From the NCBI GenBank assembly GCA_951406725.2, contig OX597834.1, positions 31,744,001 through 31,808,000 on the forward strand: 64,000 nt of DNA, read 5' to 3'. Origin of the DNA: Octopus vulgaris. Lineage: Eukaryota. A model generated the notes under the pieces. It worked only from the letters and a program-made list of their open reading frames with translations. It searched no databases and was not told where the DNA came from. The position numbers and the translations under genes were made by a program. How positions within the stretch are numbered: the first letter of the stretch is position 1; every line of letters begins with the position of its first letter. Shown one piece after another: positions 14,322 to 29,798 of the stretch.

Positions 14322-14688
14322 TACCAGTGCCGGTGGCACGTGAGAGAACCATCCAAACGTGGCCGTTGCCAGCGCTGCCCTGACTGGCCTCGTGCTGGTG
14401 GCACGTAAAAAGCACCATCTGTTCGTGGTCGTTGCCAGCCCCGCCTGGCCCCTGTGCTGGTGGCACATAAAAAACCCCTTCTGATCGTGGCCGTTTGCCA
14501 GACTCGTCTGGCACGTAAAAAGCACCCACTAAACTCATAGAGTGGTTGGCGTTAGGAAGGGTATCCAGCTGTAGAAAAATTGCTAGATCAGACTGGGCCT
14601 GGTGCAGCCTTCTGGCTTCCCAGACCCCAGTTGAACCGTCCAACCCATACTAGCATGGAAAGCGGACGCTAAACGATGATGATGATGA

Positions 14689-14690
<2 letters not shown>
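14322..14690 (+). mobile_element. SINE-like family C with internal ~60-bp subrepeats and (GAT)n tail
   Basis: GGCACGTAAAAAGCAC subrepeats, GGAAGGG(C/T)ATCCAGCTGTAGAAA core and ACGATGATGATG tail. Other copies near 5890-6117, 10797-10960, 12123-12480, 37120-37258, 42130-42276, 43043-44000 and 61172-61367. Confidence 0.8.
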
Positions 14691-14742
<52 letters not shown>

Positions 14743-14794
14743 GTAGACACAAAACGAAGGAGAAAAAAAGCTTGATAGACATAGGAATAGATGG

Positions 14795-14847
<53 letters not shown>

Positions 14848-15469
14848 CGTACACAACATACACATCTACACATGCATATATATGCGTGTGTGTGTGTGTG
14901 TAAATCATACATGAGAAATAGAAAATCATCTCTCAAATACAAATCAAATAAATTATTTAATAAAATAATGTAATAACTAAAATTATATAATACAAATCAT
15001 GTCATCCTATATTATACAGATAGATAGATAGAGGAGTAGTTGGGTGGATAGATAGATAGAGGGGTAGATGGATGGATAGATAGATGGGTGGATAGATAGA
15101 CAGAGGGAGAGATGGATGGATAGATAGAGCGAGAGATAATAGATAGATATACATGTATGTATACATATGTCATAAAGTAAGAACTATAAATAATTTATAT
15201 ACCATGTATTCCAAAAGGAGGAATCAGAGGTTTTACAAACGTAATCATAACAATGAGAGATACAAATGTTTACAATTTTAAATCATGATTTATCGCATTG
15301 CGTATGTATGGAGGCAAGTGTGCAGGTATACGTGTATGTTGGTGTATATTTATTATATACGTGTATTATTTTTAAAAAGCTATGTATATAAAATGTTTGT
15401 TATGTATATAAAGTAATATGATCTATATAATTAAATAGATGTGTAAATTCAAATTATAAACATACATTC

Positions 15470-15500
<31 letters not shown>

Positions 15501-15614
15501 TACATACAGTAAAATTGTATTTATCAAATGCATGTTAAGTGTATAATATAATGTAATCTATATAATTAATGGATGTGTAAAGTGATACATATATAAAATT
15601 TACATGTATGTGTG

Positions 15615-15650
<36 letters not shown>

Positions 15651-15934
15651 ATATACATGTATATATGTATTTTTATGCATATGTGTGTGTGTGTATATAC
15701 TTGTATGCATATATATGTATCTATATATGTATATAGATTTAGATACATACATATTAAAGAATGTATGTATAAAGTGTATATAAGGTAACATAATGTAATC
15801 TATATAATTAAATGCATGTGTAATTTTATATTATTTATCTGCGAAAAAATTATGTATGCATACAGCATACATAAAGATAAATACATACATACATATACAT
15901 ACATACATACACACACACATATATATATACACAT

Positions 15935-15983
<49 letters not shown>

Positions 15984-16829
15984 TACATGTACATATGTAT
16001 GTATATGTATATATATAATTCTATTTATATATATATATATATATATATAAAGTATATAAGTAAATATAATAAACCATACTAAACATATATATATATATAT
16101 AAAAGGCATATTATAACGTAATGTATATAATTAAATGGTTGTGTGAATTATATATATATGAGAATCTATCCAGCAGATTGTTGCAGTAATCATTGTTATT
16201 CGTTTATTTTTCACTTTATTTTATTTTATTCCATTCCAACAAAGCATCTGCTTTTATATTTGTTGTGACACAAGAGAGCCTGAAGGGTTACATTGCGACA
16301 GCTTGATGTGTTTTTAGATATCTTTTTAATTACTTACTGCTTTCTTTTTTTCTATTTTTTGTAGTTTTTTTGTTTTTTTACCTTTTTCACTTGTTTCGGT
16401 GATTGAACTTTGGCTATGCTGGAGCACCACCTTATAGCATTGAGGTGAAGAAATTGAACCCTTCTCCCCCACACCCTGGCCCTGCTGGTATTTGTTTTGG
16501 CTTTTTGAGTTTGTTACATGTCATCTTGGGCTTTCTTTTGCCAAACTGTTTAGTTATGGGGATGTAAACAAACCAACATTGGTTGTCAAGCAGTGTAGTG
16601 GGTGCTTTTTATGTGCCACTGGCACAGGAGCCAGTCAGGTCACCCTGGCATCGATCACGTTCAGATAGTGCTTTTTACATTACACCAGCATGGGAGCCAG
16701 TCAGGATGCACTGGCCACAGTTATGAGTTAGGGTTTACTTGACTCAACAGGTCTTCTGAAACATATATCGCCCAACATATCAAGGGTTCTTTTAAATGGG
16801 CCAGACATGCAACACTGGCATCGGCCATG

Positions 16830-17115
16830 GCTACGATCTCACTTTAGTTGTCGGGTTTTCTCAAGCACAGCATATCTCCAAAGGTCTCGGTCTCCTGTCA
16901 TTGCTTCTGTGAGGCCCAATGTTCGAAGGTCATGCTTCACCACCTCATCCTATGTTTTCTTGGGTCTACCTCTTCCACATGTTCCTTCCACAGTTAGGGT
17001 GTGGCACTTCCTCACTCAGCCGTCCTCATCCGTAACCCTAACCCTAACACATGACCATACCAGTGCAGTCATCTCTCTTGCATACCACATTTGATGCTTC
17101 TTATGCCCAACTTTT
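16830..17115 (-). mobile_element. RTE LINE 3' fragment
   Basis: Minus strand encodes RLHWYGHV..VRKCHTLTVEGTCGRGRPKKT; homologous to 52900-53150. Confidence 0.7.
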
Positions 17116-18625
17116 CATATTGTTATATTTTGGGACCATCCCAAAATATAACAATATATATAAATTGTAAATGAGAAATGTGTGTGTTGAAGCAAAAATG
17201 AGACAAAAGAAATAACTCAGAGTGGCAAGTTGCATGAATGTAGGTAATAAAAATTAATAAAGTTTTATCAAATATAACTTAAATATCAAAAAAAAAAATT
17301 CCCATGATTCAAGAGGCCTCTGAAATTGACATGCCATTGAAGAAATGACAGGTTAATTGTCTGGCTATTCACATTTCATAAGACCAATAACCTATCATCT
17401 CTATAAAGCCCTCCATCCAACATCGAGGGCCTCTGATGCTATAATTCCAATCCATCGATGACTTCACATAACTCTGCTCTGTCAAAAGCACCCATGGCTA
17501 TATCAGACTATTTTTCTCTGTCCTTTTGTCTTCTTAATCAGGTTGCTTTTTCGCAATATGTCCGTCTGTTTGACTGTCTGGTTTTCTCTATTAGTCTTTT
17601 GCCTTCAATATAAACAACACTAACATGCATATAAAAGTATATAGGTACATACACATCATTGTCATCATCCTTTAACATCCGCTTTCCATGCTGGCATGGG
17701 TTGGATGGTTTGACAAAGGTGGCGATTTGGCAGAAACGCTAGCACACCAGGCGAAATGCTTAGCGGTATTTCGTTTGCCATTATGCTGTGAGTTCAAATT
17801 CCACCGAGGTCGACTTTGCCTTTCATCCTTTCAGGGTCGATAAATTAAGTACCAGTTATGCACTGGGGTCGATGTAATCGACTTAATCCATTTGTCCTCT
17901 CTGTGTTTAGCCCCTTGAGTAGTAAAGAAATAGGTTTGACAGGAGCTGGCAAGGCCAGGAACCCCACCAGGTTCCATTGTCTGTTTTATCATGGCTTCAC
18001 AGCTGAAGGCCCTTTCCAATGCCAACCACTTTACAGAGCGTAGTGGGCGCTTTTTACTTAGCATCAGCACCAGCGCTTTGTAAATGGGACCAGCACAGAT
18101 GCTCTTCATGTGGAACCAGCACCACTCTTTTACATAATTCTCTCTAATTGCGAGTTTTATTCAATTTAGAACTTTTAAAAAGAACCATTTAAACTACATT
18201 TCATATAATTCTATATAAGAAATAACCAACCCCCAAAAAACATATGTATAGAAGTTCTTCAAAGTAGAATACTTTCAAAAAAGTAATTTATTTGGTTTTA
18301 GAAAATGCTTTACAAGCCTGCAAACACTGCAGTTTTTGTTAAAATAGAGAAGATCCTGTTTAATTGGACCTTTGTTAAGTTGATGACAGACAGATAGATA
18401 GATATTTATTGTGGAGAATCGGTGGACAGACTATGAGACAGATGGACAGATAAGTGGCTACGTGATTGTGCTGATGGATAGGGAGATATATAGGTAAGGG
18501 TTAATTGGATAATTAAGTGAAGTGGGAGTTAATTAGAGATAGATAAGATAAAGATAGATGCAGAGAGACAGACAGAGAGAAAGAGAGAGAATGTAAAAAA
18601 ATAAGACAAGTAACTAAATGAACAT

Positions 18626-18678
<53 letters not shown>

Positions 18679-18919
18679 CACACACACATATATATATATG
18701 CAAGATGTGTGTGTGTCAATAAGGAGGCAGGCAGGTAGGAAGTTGGTAATAGATATGTGCACACACATACTCACAATCACCCACACATAGGCACACACAT
18801 ACATTCAATTTGTATGTATGTATACCTTACCAACATCCACACACATACATATATATGCATATCTATGTGTGTGTATGTATATATGTGTGTGTGCATGTAT
18901 GTGTGTAGGTATTTATGTA

Positions 18920-19482
<563 letters not shown>

Positions 19483-20059
19483 GAAGGCCACCTCTCCCCC
19501 ACCCACCCCGCTCCGCTCCATAAAAGACCAGACATCATCTATGAACAATATGGTTAGTTAGTGTTCCACCAGTGGTTTTCATTACACTCTATTTTCACTG
19601 CAAGAGAAACTCTTTCAAAGAACTTGCATTTTCCCTCTTGATGCTGCTGCCACTGCTGCTGCTGCTGCTGCTGTTGTTTTTTGTTATAGTAGTAGTGGCG
19701 GTAGTAGTTGTTGTTGTTGATGCTTTTTTTGTTGTTGTTGTGCTTGTAATAGATGTTGTGTGAGGTGGTGGCTGTGAGGTTTGCGATTTTGTGGTCGATG
19801 CCAATATTGTTTTTGGTGATGTTGGAGTCAATATTGTTGTTGTTTTGTTGTTGGTGGTGGTGGTGGTGGTGGTGACAGTGTTGTGAATATTGTAGTATTT
19901 GTTTGTTATTGTAGTTGTTATGGATGTCATATCGTTATTGTTTTTTATTGTTGCAGTTGCTCTGGACACTACAGTTGTTGGTAGTGATGCTGATGATGAC
20001 GGTGGTTGTGTTGTTCATGGTCTGGTGGTGGTGGTTTGTTGTTGTTGTTGTTGTTGGTA

Positions 20060-20260
20060 GTGGTAGTGGAGTGGTGTTGTTGTTGGTGGTAGTGGAGTGC
20101 TGTTGTTGTTGTTGGTGGTGGTAGTGGAGTGGTGTTGTTGTTGTTGGTGGTAGTGGAGTGGTGTTGTTGTTGGTGGTAGTGGAGTGGTGTTGTTGTTGTT
20201 GTTGGTGGTAGTGGAGTGGTGTTGTTGTTGGTGGTGGTAATGGAGTGGTGGTGGTGGTGA
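20060..20260. repeat. Minisatellite, ~27-33 bp unit GGTGGTAGTGGAGTGGTGTTGTT(GTT)n
   Basis: About 6 consecutive copies visible. Confidence 0.85.
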
Positions 20261-20774
20261 TGTTGTCAGTAGCGGTGGTGGTGGTGATGGTACTGTTATA
20301 AGTATCATTTTCATCATTGTTGCTCATATGTTATTCATATTGATGTTCTTACTGTTATTATTGGTTGAGCATATTCTTGTTTTTTGTTGTTGTAGCTAAT
20401 GTTACAGTTCTGCTTCTTCTTCTTGTAGTTTCCACAGTTGCCTGGCAATAGTTTTTAGCAAAATTAATTCCTCTCTTCTAATTGTCTTGTATTCATCAAG
20501 GAACATCACCGGTATGTGTTGTTCTTTTAGCTAATGGTACCGTACACATCACACTGCATGAGGTCTGCAACTAGCCAAAGGAGAGCAAGGCATGAAGTGA
20601 GGAACTGTGGGGGTGAACTCATCAATGGAGAGACTGACAGACAGACAGACACTGGCATGGAGGGCCAAGTCGTACTCTATCCTCCAAGTAATATAAAGTA
20701 TATTATTACAGCATTGCGTACTCGACTAACATAAGAATTGCAGAATGTGGAAGAATCTTTATATTAGTAATAGT

Positions 20775-20785
20775 ATGTTGTTGTT

Positions 20786-20835
<50 letters not shown>

Positions 20836-20952
20836 TAGTAGTATCAGTTAGTAGTAGTAGCAGCAGTAGTAGTAGCAGCAGTAGTAGTAGCAGCAGTAGT
20901 AGTAGCAGCAGTAGTAGTAGTAGTTAGTGTGGTTGCTTTTGTAGTAGTAGTA
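20775..20952. repeat. (TAG)n/(CAG) trinucleotide microsatellite
   Basis: Directly visible. Confidence 0.95.
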
Positions 20953-21632
20953 CTCGTAATAGTATGGAGCCATGCACCGTAACAGTGTGTTGCAGCATCC
21001 ACCATTTGCTGGTGGTTCCCTACTCCTCTAGGTGGACGATATCTCTGCACCCCTTCGGTGACAACCATCCAACCCATGGGTCTCCGTTTGGGTAGCCATG
21101 GCTGGTGAGGGTTTCATGAGGCCAGAGGGCAGACCCTACCTCAACCTCTTTTAGTTGCCTTTTTACAACATGCAGAGGAACCATTGGCTCGATTCTTTGA
21201 CATGTACCATATATATATATATATCACCATACAACATTACACAACACACCACCCACACACCCATCCCCACATCTTCACACCTACACATACATACACGCAC
21301 ACGTCCAGACCACCAACCCTCTTTCACACGCACATACATACTCTCTTATACACACACGCACCTTTGTGTTGGGGGTCATCTTTACTTTGTTATCTCCCCT
21401 ACTTTTCTCCTCATGTTTGACCCTTCTGTCCGGCACTAGTCGCCATGATAGATCGTTAGCCACTACACACATTTTTTTTCTCACCATGTTTCTCTCCTTG
21501 TTTCTTTCTGTGTCCCTTTCTGTAGAAGAGCATAGGCTCGAAACGTAAAAGACTTTTTCTATTCCTGAGCGTTGTACTAATACATCTGTTTTGTACACCA
21601 CCTGTCTTCGTCTTGTTTTTTTCATAAACTCT

Positions 21633-21684
<52 letters not shown>

Positions 21685-24149
21685 TATATATTAAGCAGTT
21701 GTCCATAAGTTAGAAAAAAAGCACACACTAAAAGAAATTTTGGTCAGTTATACTTTTATGTCATAGATTAGCACATTCTTGGTTATTGCTCTTAAATGGG
21801 TCCTCTATTGCTCCAGTGACCCATTTAAGGCCAGGATAAATAACCATGAGTTCTCTTAGGATACCAGTAAGACATAACATTATGTCATTAGCCAGTTATA
21901 TATGCCAATTTAAAGGTGAGGAAACGCCATACAAAATTAACTGGAAGTTATTAGCGGAACCTGACCCTCAATGGAAGTAGATGGTACAAATTCTGCTGAG
22001 CCAAAAGGACAATAATCCTAAAAAATTTGTATGATCCAGGAACCTTCTTGAATTCAAAAAGGGAGAAATTTTGCTGCTATCCTCATGAAAGAAATTTTCA
22101 TTTTGAAAACGTGGTGATCCCTATTTGCAAACCAGGTAATAAAAATAACATAGACAAACACAGCTGACCCACAGATGGAATTGTACAAGGGCAGCCATCT
22201 CTTCTTTCCCTCTCAGAAAGGGGTTTAACTTTTCAGTTGTTTTCACCCCAAAATTGACTACTGATTAATGATTTGCCATATTGCAAAGCCAATGGTTAGT
22301 TTCTGACAGGTTATATGCCATAACCAAGGATAGCTTCCAGTGTATATAGGTCCCAACTCTGTCACGTCTGTGGATATACTCCTTCTTAGCCAAGACTGGA
22401 CAGCCAAAGACAATTACAATGTTATATAATACTTAGCGTTCTATTTAAATGCATCGAGTAGTATCGTGTGCCACATTGCATAATGTGCCGTGTAGTGTAT
22501 CATGTTTGTGATACATGGGTTTTCTGGTTGCTATTGTTGTTGTTTGTGATTTCAGAGACATCAGTGAAATTATTACTGTTGTTGATGCTACTACACTTGT
22601 AGTAGTAGTAATTGTTGTAATAGCAGTAGTAGTTTTATTATTATTAGTAGTAATAGAAGTAGCAATATTACCATCACCATCATCACTGTTGTTGTTAGTA
22701 GTAGTAGTTATGTTATTATTATCATCATCATCATTAGTAGTAGTAGTACTAGTTGTTGTTGTTGTTGTTGCTGACGGTTTCACTTATGTCCTTCACATTG
22801 TTATAGTTGTTGCTGCTATTGTTGTTGTATCCACTTTCCCCCCCATTGACCCCAGCAGTGAGGTGAGTGAAAGGGTTCACACCCGGCAGTCAGCAACTGC
22901 CACAGCAAAGAGAACGAGGTTAGTGCATGTTGCAGGTGGTATCAAGGCTGTCGGCATCAACTGCACTGATGCTGGTGTTAGCTGCATGGATGACTCAACC
23001 AGCCCCATCACTTCCTCACTCCATCACTGCTACTGCTGCCGACGCCACCACCACCTCTTCCTCCACCATTGGCAAGACCAAGACCAACACCACCACCAGC
23101 TCCCACGGCACCACCTCTGCCATTACTAGCACCAGCACCACCAACACCAACACCGCTACCACCACCACCACCACTGCTGCCGCCACCACTACCACCACCA
23201 CCATAGCGGCCGTCAGCATCTCTGACAACACCAGCATCATCTTTGTCATCAGCAGGACCAGCTCTAACACCACTATCTCTACCATTATCAACACCAGAAT
23301 CACTATCACCACCAGCTCTACTACCACCACCACCACCACCACCACTACCACCATTATCAACAACATCTCTACCAACATGCTTCCCGGCACCCCCCACCAA
23401 CATCACCATCACCCCAGCTGCCACCCCACCCCCACCATTGCTGCCGCCACTGCCCTAACCTTATCCCTTTGTCTTTGACCCTGCCAGATATTGATTGTAT
23501 AGATATCTGTATTGGCAGCAGCTGACAAAGGGGTGTGGTGGGGGGTGGTGAAGGGATTTCTGGATACCGTGTTGGAGATGGAGGTGCAGTGGTGGTAGTC
23601 AGGGGTTGTGGAGGTAGTGTGTTCAGGTATGGTAGTGAAGTGATGTTGGTGGTAATAGTAGTTGTGGTGGCAGTGGTGGTGGTAGTAGTAGTGATTATGG
23701 TGTTGATGAGTGGTGGTGGTGGTGGCAGCAGCAGTGGTGGACATGATACAATGGTAAGCGATGGAGGTGTGGTAGTTTGGCCTTGTTTAGCTCCAGATCA
23801 TCCCTGCTCAAGTGGACAAAAGTAAAATGAAAAATGCTCCAGCTGACCAACTTATTATTTGTTTTTTTTTGCTGGTGTGGTCAGGCTGTGTAGTTAAGAA
23901 GTTTTCTTCCTAACCACATGGTTCTAGGTTCAGTCCCACTCTATGGTACTTTGGGCAAGTGTCTTCTACTACAGCTCCAAACTGACCAAAGGCTTGTGAG
24001 TGGATTTGGTAGATGGAAACTGGAAGAAGCTTGTTTTATATATATATGTATGTGTGTGTGTGTGTGAGTTGCATATAATAATATAATAATGAAATTATTG
24101 TATATAGTGCTCAGGTGCACCACAACTTGTCAGAAAGTGCATATAAAGG

Positions 24150-24706
24150 AAGCTATGCCAACATTATGGAATGACAGCAGAAAAAAGATGGTATAGGCAC
24201 AATCCAGAAAAGGTCCCAGAAAATGACAAGGCAATCATACTCTAGGATTTACCAATAAATACAGATAGAGCAATCAAGGCTAATAGACCAGGTATAGCTG
24301 TCAGAGATCACCAAGAAAAAAAATCGATGCATCAATTCGAATAGATGTCAATACATCTCTAAAAGAAACAGAGACTCTCAAAATACAAAGATCTCGAAAT
24401 AGAGATAACCTGGATGTGGAGCCTAAAAATGGAAGCAATCCCTATAGTAATAGCACATTAGGTATGATAAAAAAAATATTCAGACAAATACATAGCAAAA
24501 ACACCAGGACTTACAAGTATATATAACTTGCCAAAAACAGCACCACTAGGCACTGCACACATCCTACGTAAAACACTTTCAATACAGTAAAAATAAGAGC
24601 ATCACAACAAACCACAGCACATACCCAAGGCATATGCAGAGCTGCACTCGGTAGTGAAGTGAAAGCACGTGATAAAAATAAATCTACTGAATAATAATAA
24701 TAATAA
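24150..24706 (+). mobile_element. R4/Dong-like non-LTR retrotransposon 3' fragment (restriction-like endonuclease)
   Basis: WYRHNPEKVPENDKAIIL*DLPINTDRAIKANRP..KYKDLEIEITWMW..IPIVI, ending in a (TAA)n tail. Confidence 0.75.
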
Positions 24707-25554
24707 TCCCTTCTACTAAAGGCACAAGGCCTGAAATTTGGGGAGAAACAATTAAGTCAATTACATCAACTCCAGTGCATAACTGGTACTTATTTAATCA
24801 ACCTTGAAAGGGTGAATGGCAAAGTGGACCTCAGCAGAATTTGAATTCAGAATGTAGCAACAGACAAAATATCGCTAAGCATTTTGCCTGGCATGCTAAC
24901 AATTCTACTAGCTCACCGCATAATAATAATAATAATAATAATAACCAGTGGGGGAGCGTCATAGCCATGTGTAAGGAGGAATTCTTTGGGATTTGAATAA
25001 TTCACCAATGGAAGCATGGGTGCTTCATTCAACATACTTAAACAACCTTTATTCAAGGGCCAACCAAAGCCTTGTGAATGGATTTGGTAGATAGAAACTG
25101 AAAGAAGCCTGTTGTGTGTGTTTTTGCTTGTTTCCCACCACCACTTGGCAACCGGTGTTGGTGTGTTTACATCCCTATAACTTAGTGGTTCAGCAAAAAA
25201 TACTGATAGAATAAGTACCAAGCTTACAAAGAAGCTAAGTCCTGGTTTCAATTCGTCCATCTAAAATTCGTCCATCTAAAATTCGTCAAGGTGGTACTCC
25301 AGCATGGTCGCAGTCTAATGACTGAAACAAGTAAGAGATAAAACATAAAATCATGTATATGTTCTTTTATTCTTTTACTTGCTTCAGTCATTTGACTGCA
25401 GCCATGCTGGAGCACCACCTTTAGTCAAACAAATCCAACCCCAGGACTTTGTAAGCCTAGTACTTATTCTATCGGTCTCTTTTGCCGAACCGCTAAGTTA
25501 CAGGGACATAAACACATCAACGTTGGCTGTCAAGCAATGATGGGGCAGAGACAA

Positions 25555-25585
<31 letters not shown>

Positions 25586-26616
25586 CACAACGAGCTTCTT
25601 TCAGTTTCCATCTACCAAATCCACTCACAAGGTTTTGGTTAGCCCGAGGCTACAGTAGAAGACATTTGTCCAGTGTCACTCAGTGGGACTGAACCCAGAA
25701 CCATGTGGCTGGGAAGCAAGTTTCTTACCACACAACCATTTAGCATCCACCTTTGATGTTGGCATGGGTTGGCTGGTGTGAGAGGAGCTGGTAAGCCAGA
25801 GGACTGTGCCAAACCCATTGTTTCTACAGCTGAGTATCCTTCTTGATACCTATTTCTTTATTACCCAGAAGGGGCTAAACACAGAGGGGACAAACAAGGA
25901 CAGACATAGGTATTAAGTTGATTACACCAACCCCAGTGCGTAACTGGTACTTAATTTATCGACCCCGAAAGGATGAAAGGTAAAGTCGACCTCGGTAGAA
26001 TTTGAACTCACAACGTAACGGCAGTCGAAATACCGCTAACTTTGCAGAGTGCACAACTTATGAGGGTGGAGCAGTATTGAGGGAGTAGGCTTTGTGCTGG
26101 GTGAGGAGAGGTTAGAGTATGATAAGAGAGATGGAAGCAGGTGTCTTGCAGGGGAGGAGGTATAAAGCTACCCTTGTTGGAAAGAAAGAGAGAATGAGAC
26201 AAATAATAAAAATAAAACAGACTTGATGCTCACAGCTTGGAAATCATTGATCATAGGTCGGTTTGATCAGGATTGGCCCAGGGCTAAACAACAACAACAG
26301 TGACATTTTAAAATGAAACACTACATTGAATTAATAATGATTAATTAACATCCCTTCATTTTGGTTTTATTTTTTCAACTTTGATTTTGTAGACGCCTTC
26401 ATCATTATCATCACCACTACTATCATCCACATCAACATCACTAGCACCAATACCACTACTACAACCACCACCACCATTATTGTCATCATCGTCATTGTTA
26501 TTATTTCAAAGTCATTATAATATTAATAATGTATAATATCTATATGTATGAAATACATTTAGCTGTAGAATAATGACATAAGAGTTATGATCCATGGTAT
26601 TATATATAACGTTTCT

Positions 26617-26841
26617 GCGAGCTGGCAGAAACGTTGGCACGCCGGGCGAAATGCGTAGCCGTATTTCGTCTGCAGTTACGTTCTGAGTTCAAATTCTGCC
26701 GAGGTTGACTTTGCTTTTCATCCTTTCGGGGTCGATTAAATAAGTACCAGTTACGTACTGGGATCGATATAATCGACTTAATCCGTTTGTCCTTGTTTGT
26801 CCTCTCTGTGTTTAGCCCCTTGTGGGTAGTAAAGAAATAGG
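26617..26841 (+). mobile_element. SINE family B
   Basis: Full-length homology to 29564-29798. Confidence 0.85.
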
Positions 26842-28299
26842 TATTATATATAATTTCAGTAATTCACATGATTAAAAATGTACTTCTTGAAGTTACTGTA
26901 TGATTTTTTATTTATTTCTGACCTGGTGTTTAAACAGAGGTCCTAAGTTGCACAGATTGCAAAGGAGTATTTTTTTCTGATATGAACAGTTCACAATTTC
27001 TATTTATAATTTTTGGGACAGATTAGATATTTTTCCCTGGCTTAGTGATTAGTGTGTCAGGCTCACAATCATGAGGCAGTGAGTTCATTTCCTAGACCAG
27101 GCTGTGTGTTGTATTCTTGTGCAAGACACTTTATTCCACGTTGTTCCAGTTCACTCAGCTGTAGAAATGAGTTGCAACATCACTGGTGCCAAGTTGTATC
27201 GACCCCTTTGCCTTTCCCTTGGATAACATCGGTGATGTGGAAAGGAGAGGCTAGTATGCATGGGCGACTGCTGGTCCTCCAGAAGCAACCTTGCCTAGAT
27301 TTGTGCCTCAAAGAGAAACTTTCTACGTGCAGTCCTATGGTCATTCATGACTAAAGGGGTCTTTACCCTTTTTTTTTAGATATTTTGCATAATTTTCTAA
27401 TAAATTCTGAAGCCTGAAATTTTTTCTTTTAAATTCCAAAAGTTTACTAACTTTGTCATGTTCTTTTTTTTCTATATTTTTCTATATATCTAAAGGAGGT
27501 TATATGATCATAAGATATTTACTTAAATTTCCCTTTGTGTTGCTGTTCCATGACACTTTTAGCTTGAGTTCTGTAAAGTTAACTATCAAGTTTAACCTCT
27601 GTCACATAAATTATGGTTTCCACATAGCAGGAATTATCTGGTAGGCATGTATTTACATTTATGTCCAAACATGGGACTTCATTAGTGGCAGTGCATTGGG
27701 TTGTGTGTGATGTATTTTTTCAGCACCAGGTCAAGACCACCACGGAGTGCCTTCTAGTGCAGTCACTGCACCCAGGGTTGCCACTTCTGGGTGAATCACA
27801 GCAGACACTACTCTGCTACCAAGACCAAAGCATGACTTTCCAGGTACAAAGCCATAGTTTTATAAGGTTAAAAATGCCTACATACACACACGCAGATATA
27901 TGTGTGTATGTGTATGTATATATATATATATATATATATACACGAGCATACATACATATATGTGCGTGTACATGTGGTGAGGTGTATGTATATATTTCTC
28001 TTTCCTTCTATATCTTTCTTTATATTTATGCACATGCATACACGTGCTAATTGATGCACACACACATGCACTCAAATGCACACGCAGTTATAATGAGGGA
28101 ACGGTTGTTATTAAGAAATAGATAATGTTTATGAGTTTTATGCATGTGGAGGTAAACAGAAAGAATCATATAAGTGTATGTGTATTCATACATAATGTGT
28201 ATGTATATATACACACATATACGCACACATATATATACATATATATGTATATATACATGTGTGTGTATATACATACATATACACACATATATATACATA

Positions 28300-28333
<34 letters not shown>

Positions 28334-29563
28334 CATACATACATAAATACATACATAGATATATACATACAGACATACATTCATATATATATTCACATGC
28401 AGATATCATTGTATGTATGTGTACATATAATTAAATACATATATGTATATATATATATATATATATATAATACATATCATACATATATATATATATATAG
28501 ATTACATATATATGTGTGTGTATACACATTTATCATACATATATGTATATATACATATATATGTATATATATATCATACACATATATATATATATATCAT
28601 ACATATATGTGTATATATCTTTATGTTGTCTTTCACCTTCTTTCCCCTTCGCTCTCCCTTCTCTTCCTCTCTCCCTCATCTTTCACTCTGCCTCTCTCTA
28701 CTCATTTCCTTATCTCCCTCCCTACCGACCTCCCCTCCGACCCCATAACCTTTTCTCCCATAATGCACCAAGGCAGATAAAGCCATCCATTCATCTATTG
28801 TACACCATTATTTCTCTTTGCTGAATGCAGTTCCTTGTGTTCTGCCGGCTTGTTCCCCCTCCACCGCCACGACCACCACTTCTATTGCTATTACCAATGC
28901 TGTCATAACCATCACCAGCAATATTGCCATCATCATCATCATCATCATCCAACACCATGACCACCACCACTGCTGCTGCTGCTACCACCTTCACTTCCAT
29001 CGCCACCATACCACCACAATCACCAGCACCAATACCACCACTACTTCTACCACCACCGCTACCCTCACCACCTCTGCCATTACCACTACCACCACAACAC
29101 TCACCACTGCTGTCATAAATAATAACACTACCACCACCATTACTACCACTATCACCACCTCCACTGCTACCATCATCACCATCACAATCATAAATATTCG
29201 CATTGCCATCATCATCGTACCACTATCAACCATCTACCACCAATACCATCACCACAACTATCACTAGCAGCATTGTTACCCTCACTACCTTCGCCACCAT
29301 CGTTACCCTCACTACCACCATTTTCATCTACCATCCATGACTACCACCACTGCTAGCTTTGCTAACTTCTACCATCACTACCATTCCCTTCCAACTATGA
29401 CCACTGCTATTATTGGTAGTGTCTCTACCACCACCACTGCCACAAACAGTGTCCACAATCACTAATGCCACTACCAACATCCTCCCACCACCACCCCCAC
29501 CCCCAACAGCAACATCAAGAACAACAACAGCACTCGCTACCATCATCAGAACCCTCCAATACC

Positions 29564-29798
29564 TATTTCTTTATTACCCACAAGGGGCTAAACATAGAGG
29601 GGACAAACATGGACAGACATAGGTATTAAGTCGATTACATTGACCCCAGTGCGTAACTGGTACTTAATTTATCGACGCCGAAAGGATGAAAGGCAAAGTC
29701 AACCTCGGCGGAATTTGAACTCAGAACGTAACGGCAGACGAAATACGGCTACGCATTTCACCCGGCGTGCTAACGTTTCTGCCAGCTCACCGCCTGAG
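29564..29798 (-). mobile_element. SINE family B (Meta-domain-like) with 16-bp TSD
   Basis: GCCTTTCATCCTTT..GTCGATAAATTAAGTACC core; AGAACCCTCCAATACC at 29548-29563 and 29799-29814. Other copies near 17720-17934, 24708-24917, 25848-26040, 31295-31700, 31766-31912 and 45258-45450. Confidence 0.85.

Noticed and set aside
22515-23825. Thr/His/Gly/Val-rich ORFs up to 204 aa resembling mucins (also 19595-20327, 28818-29267, 39344-40890)
   Set aside because: Trinucleotide (ACC/CAT/GGT) low-complexity tracts open in most frames; no domain or convincing splice structure.
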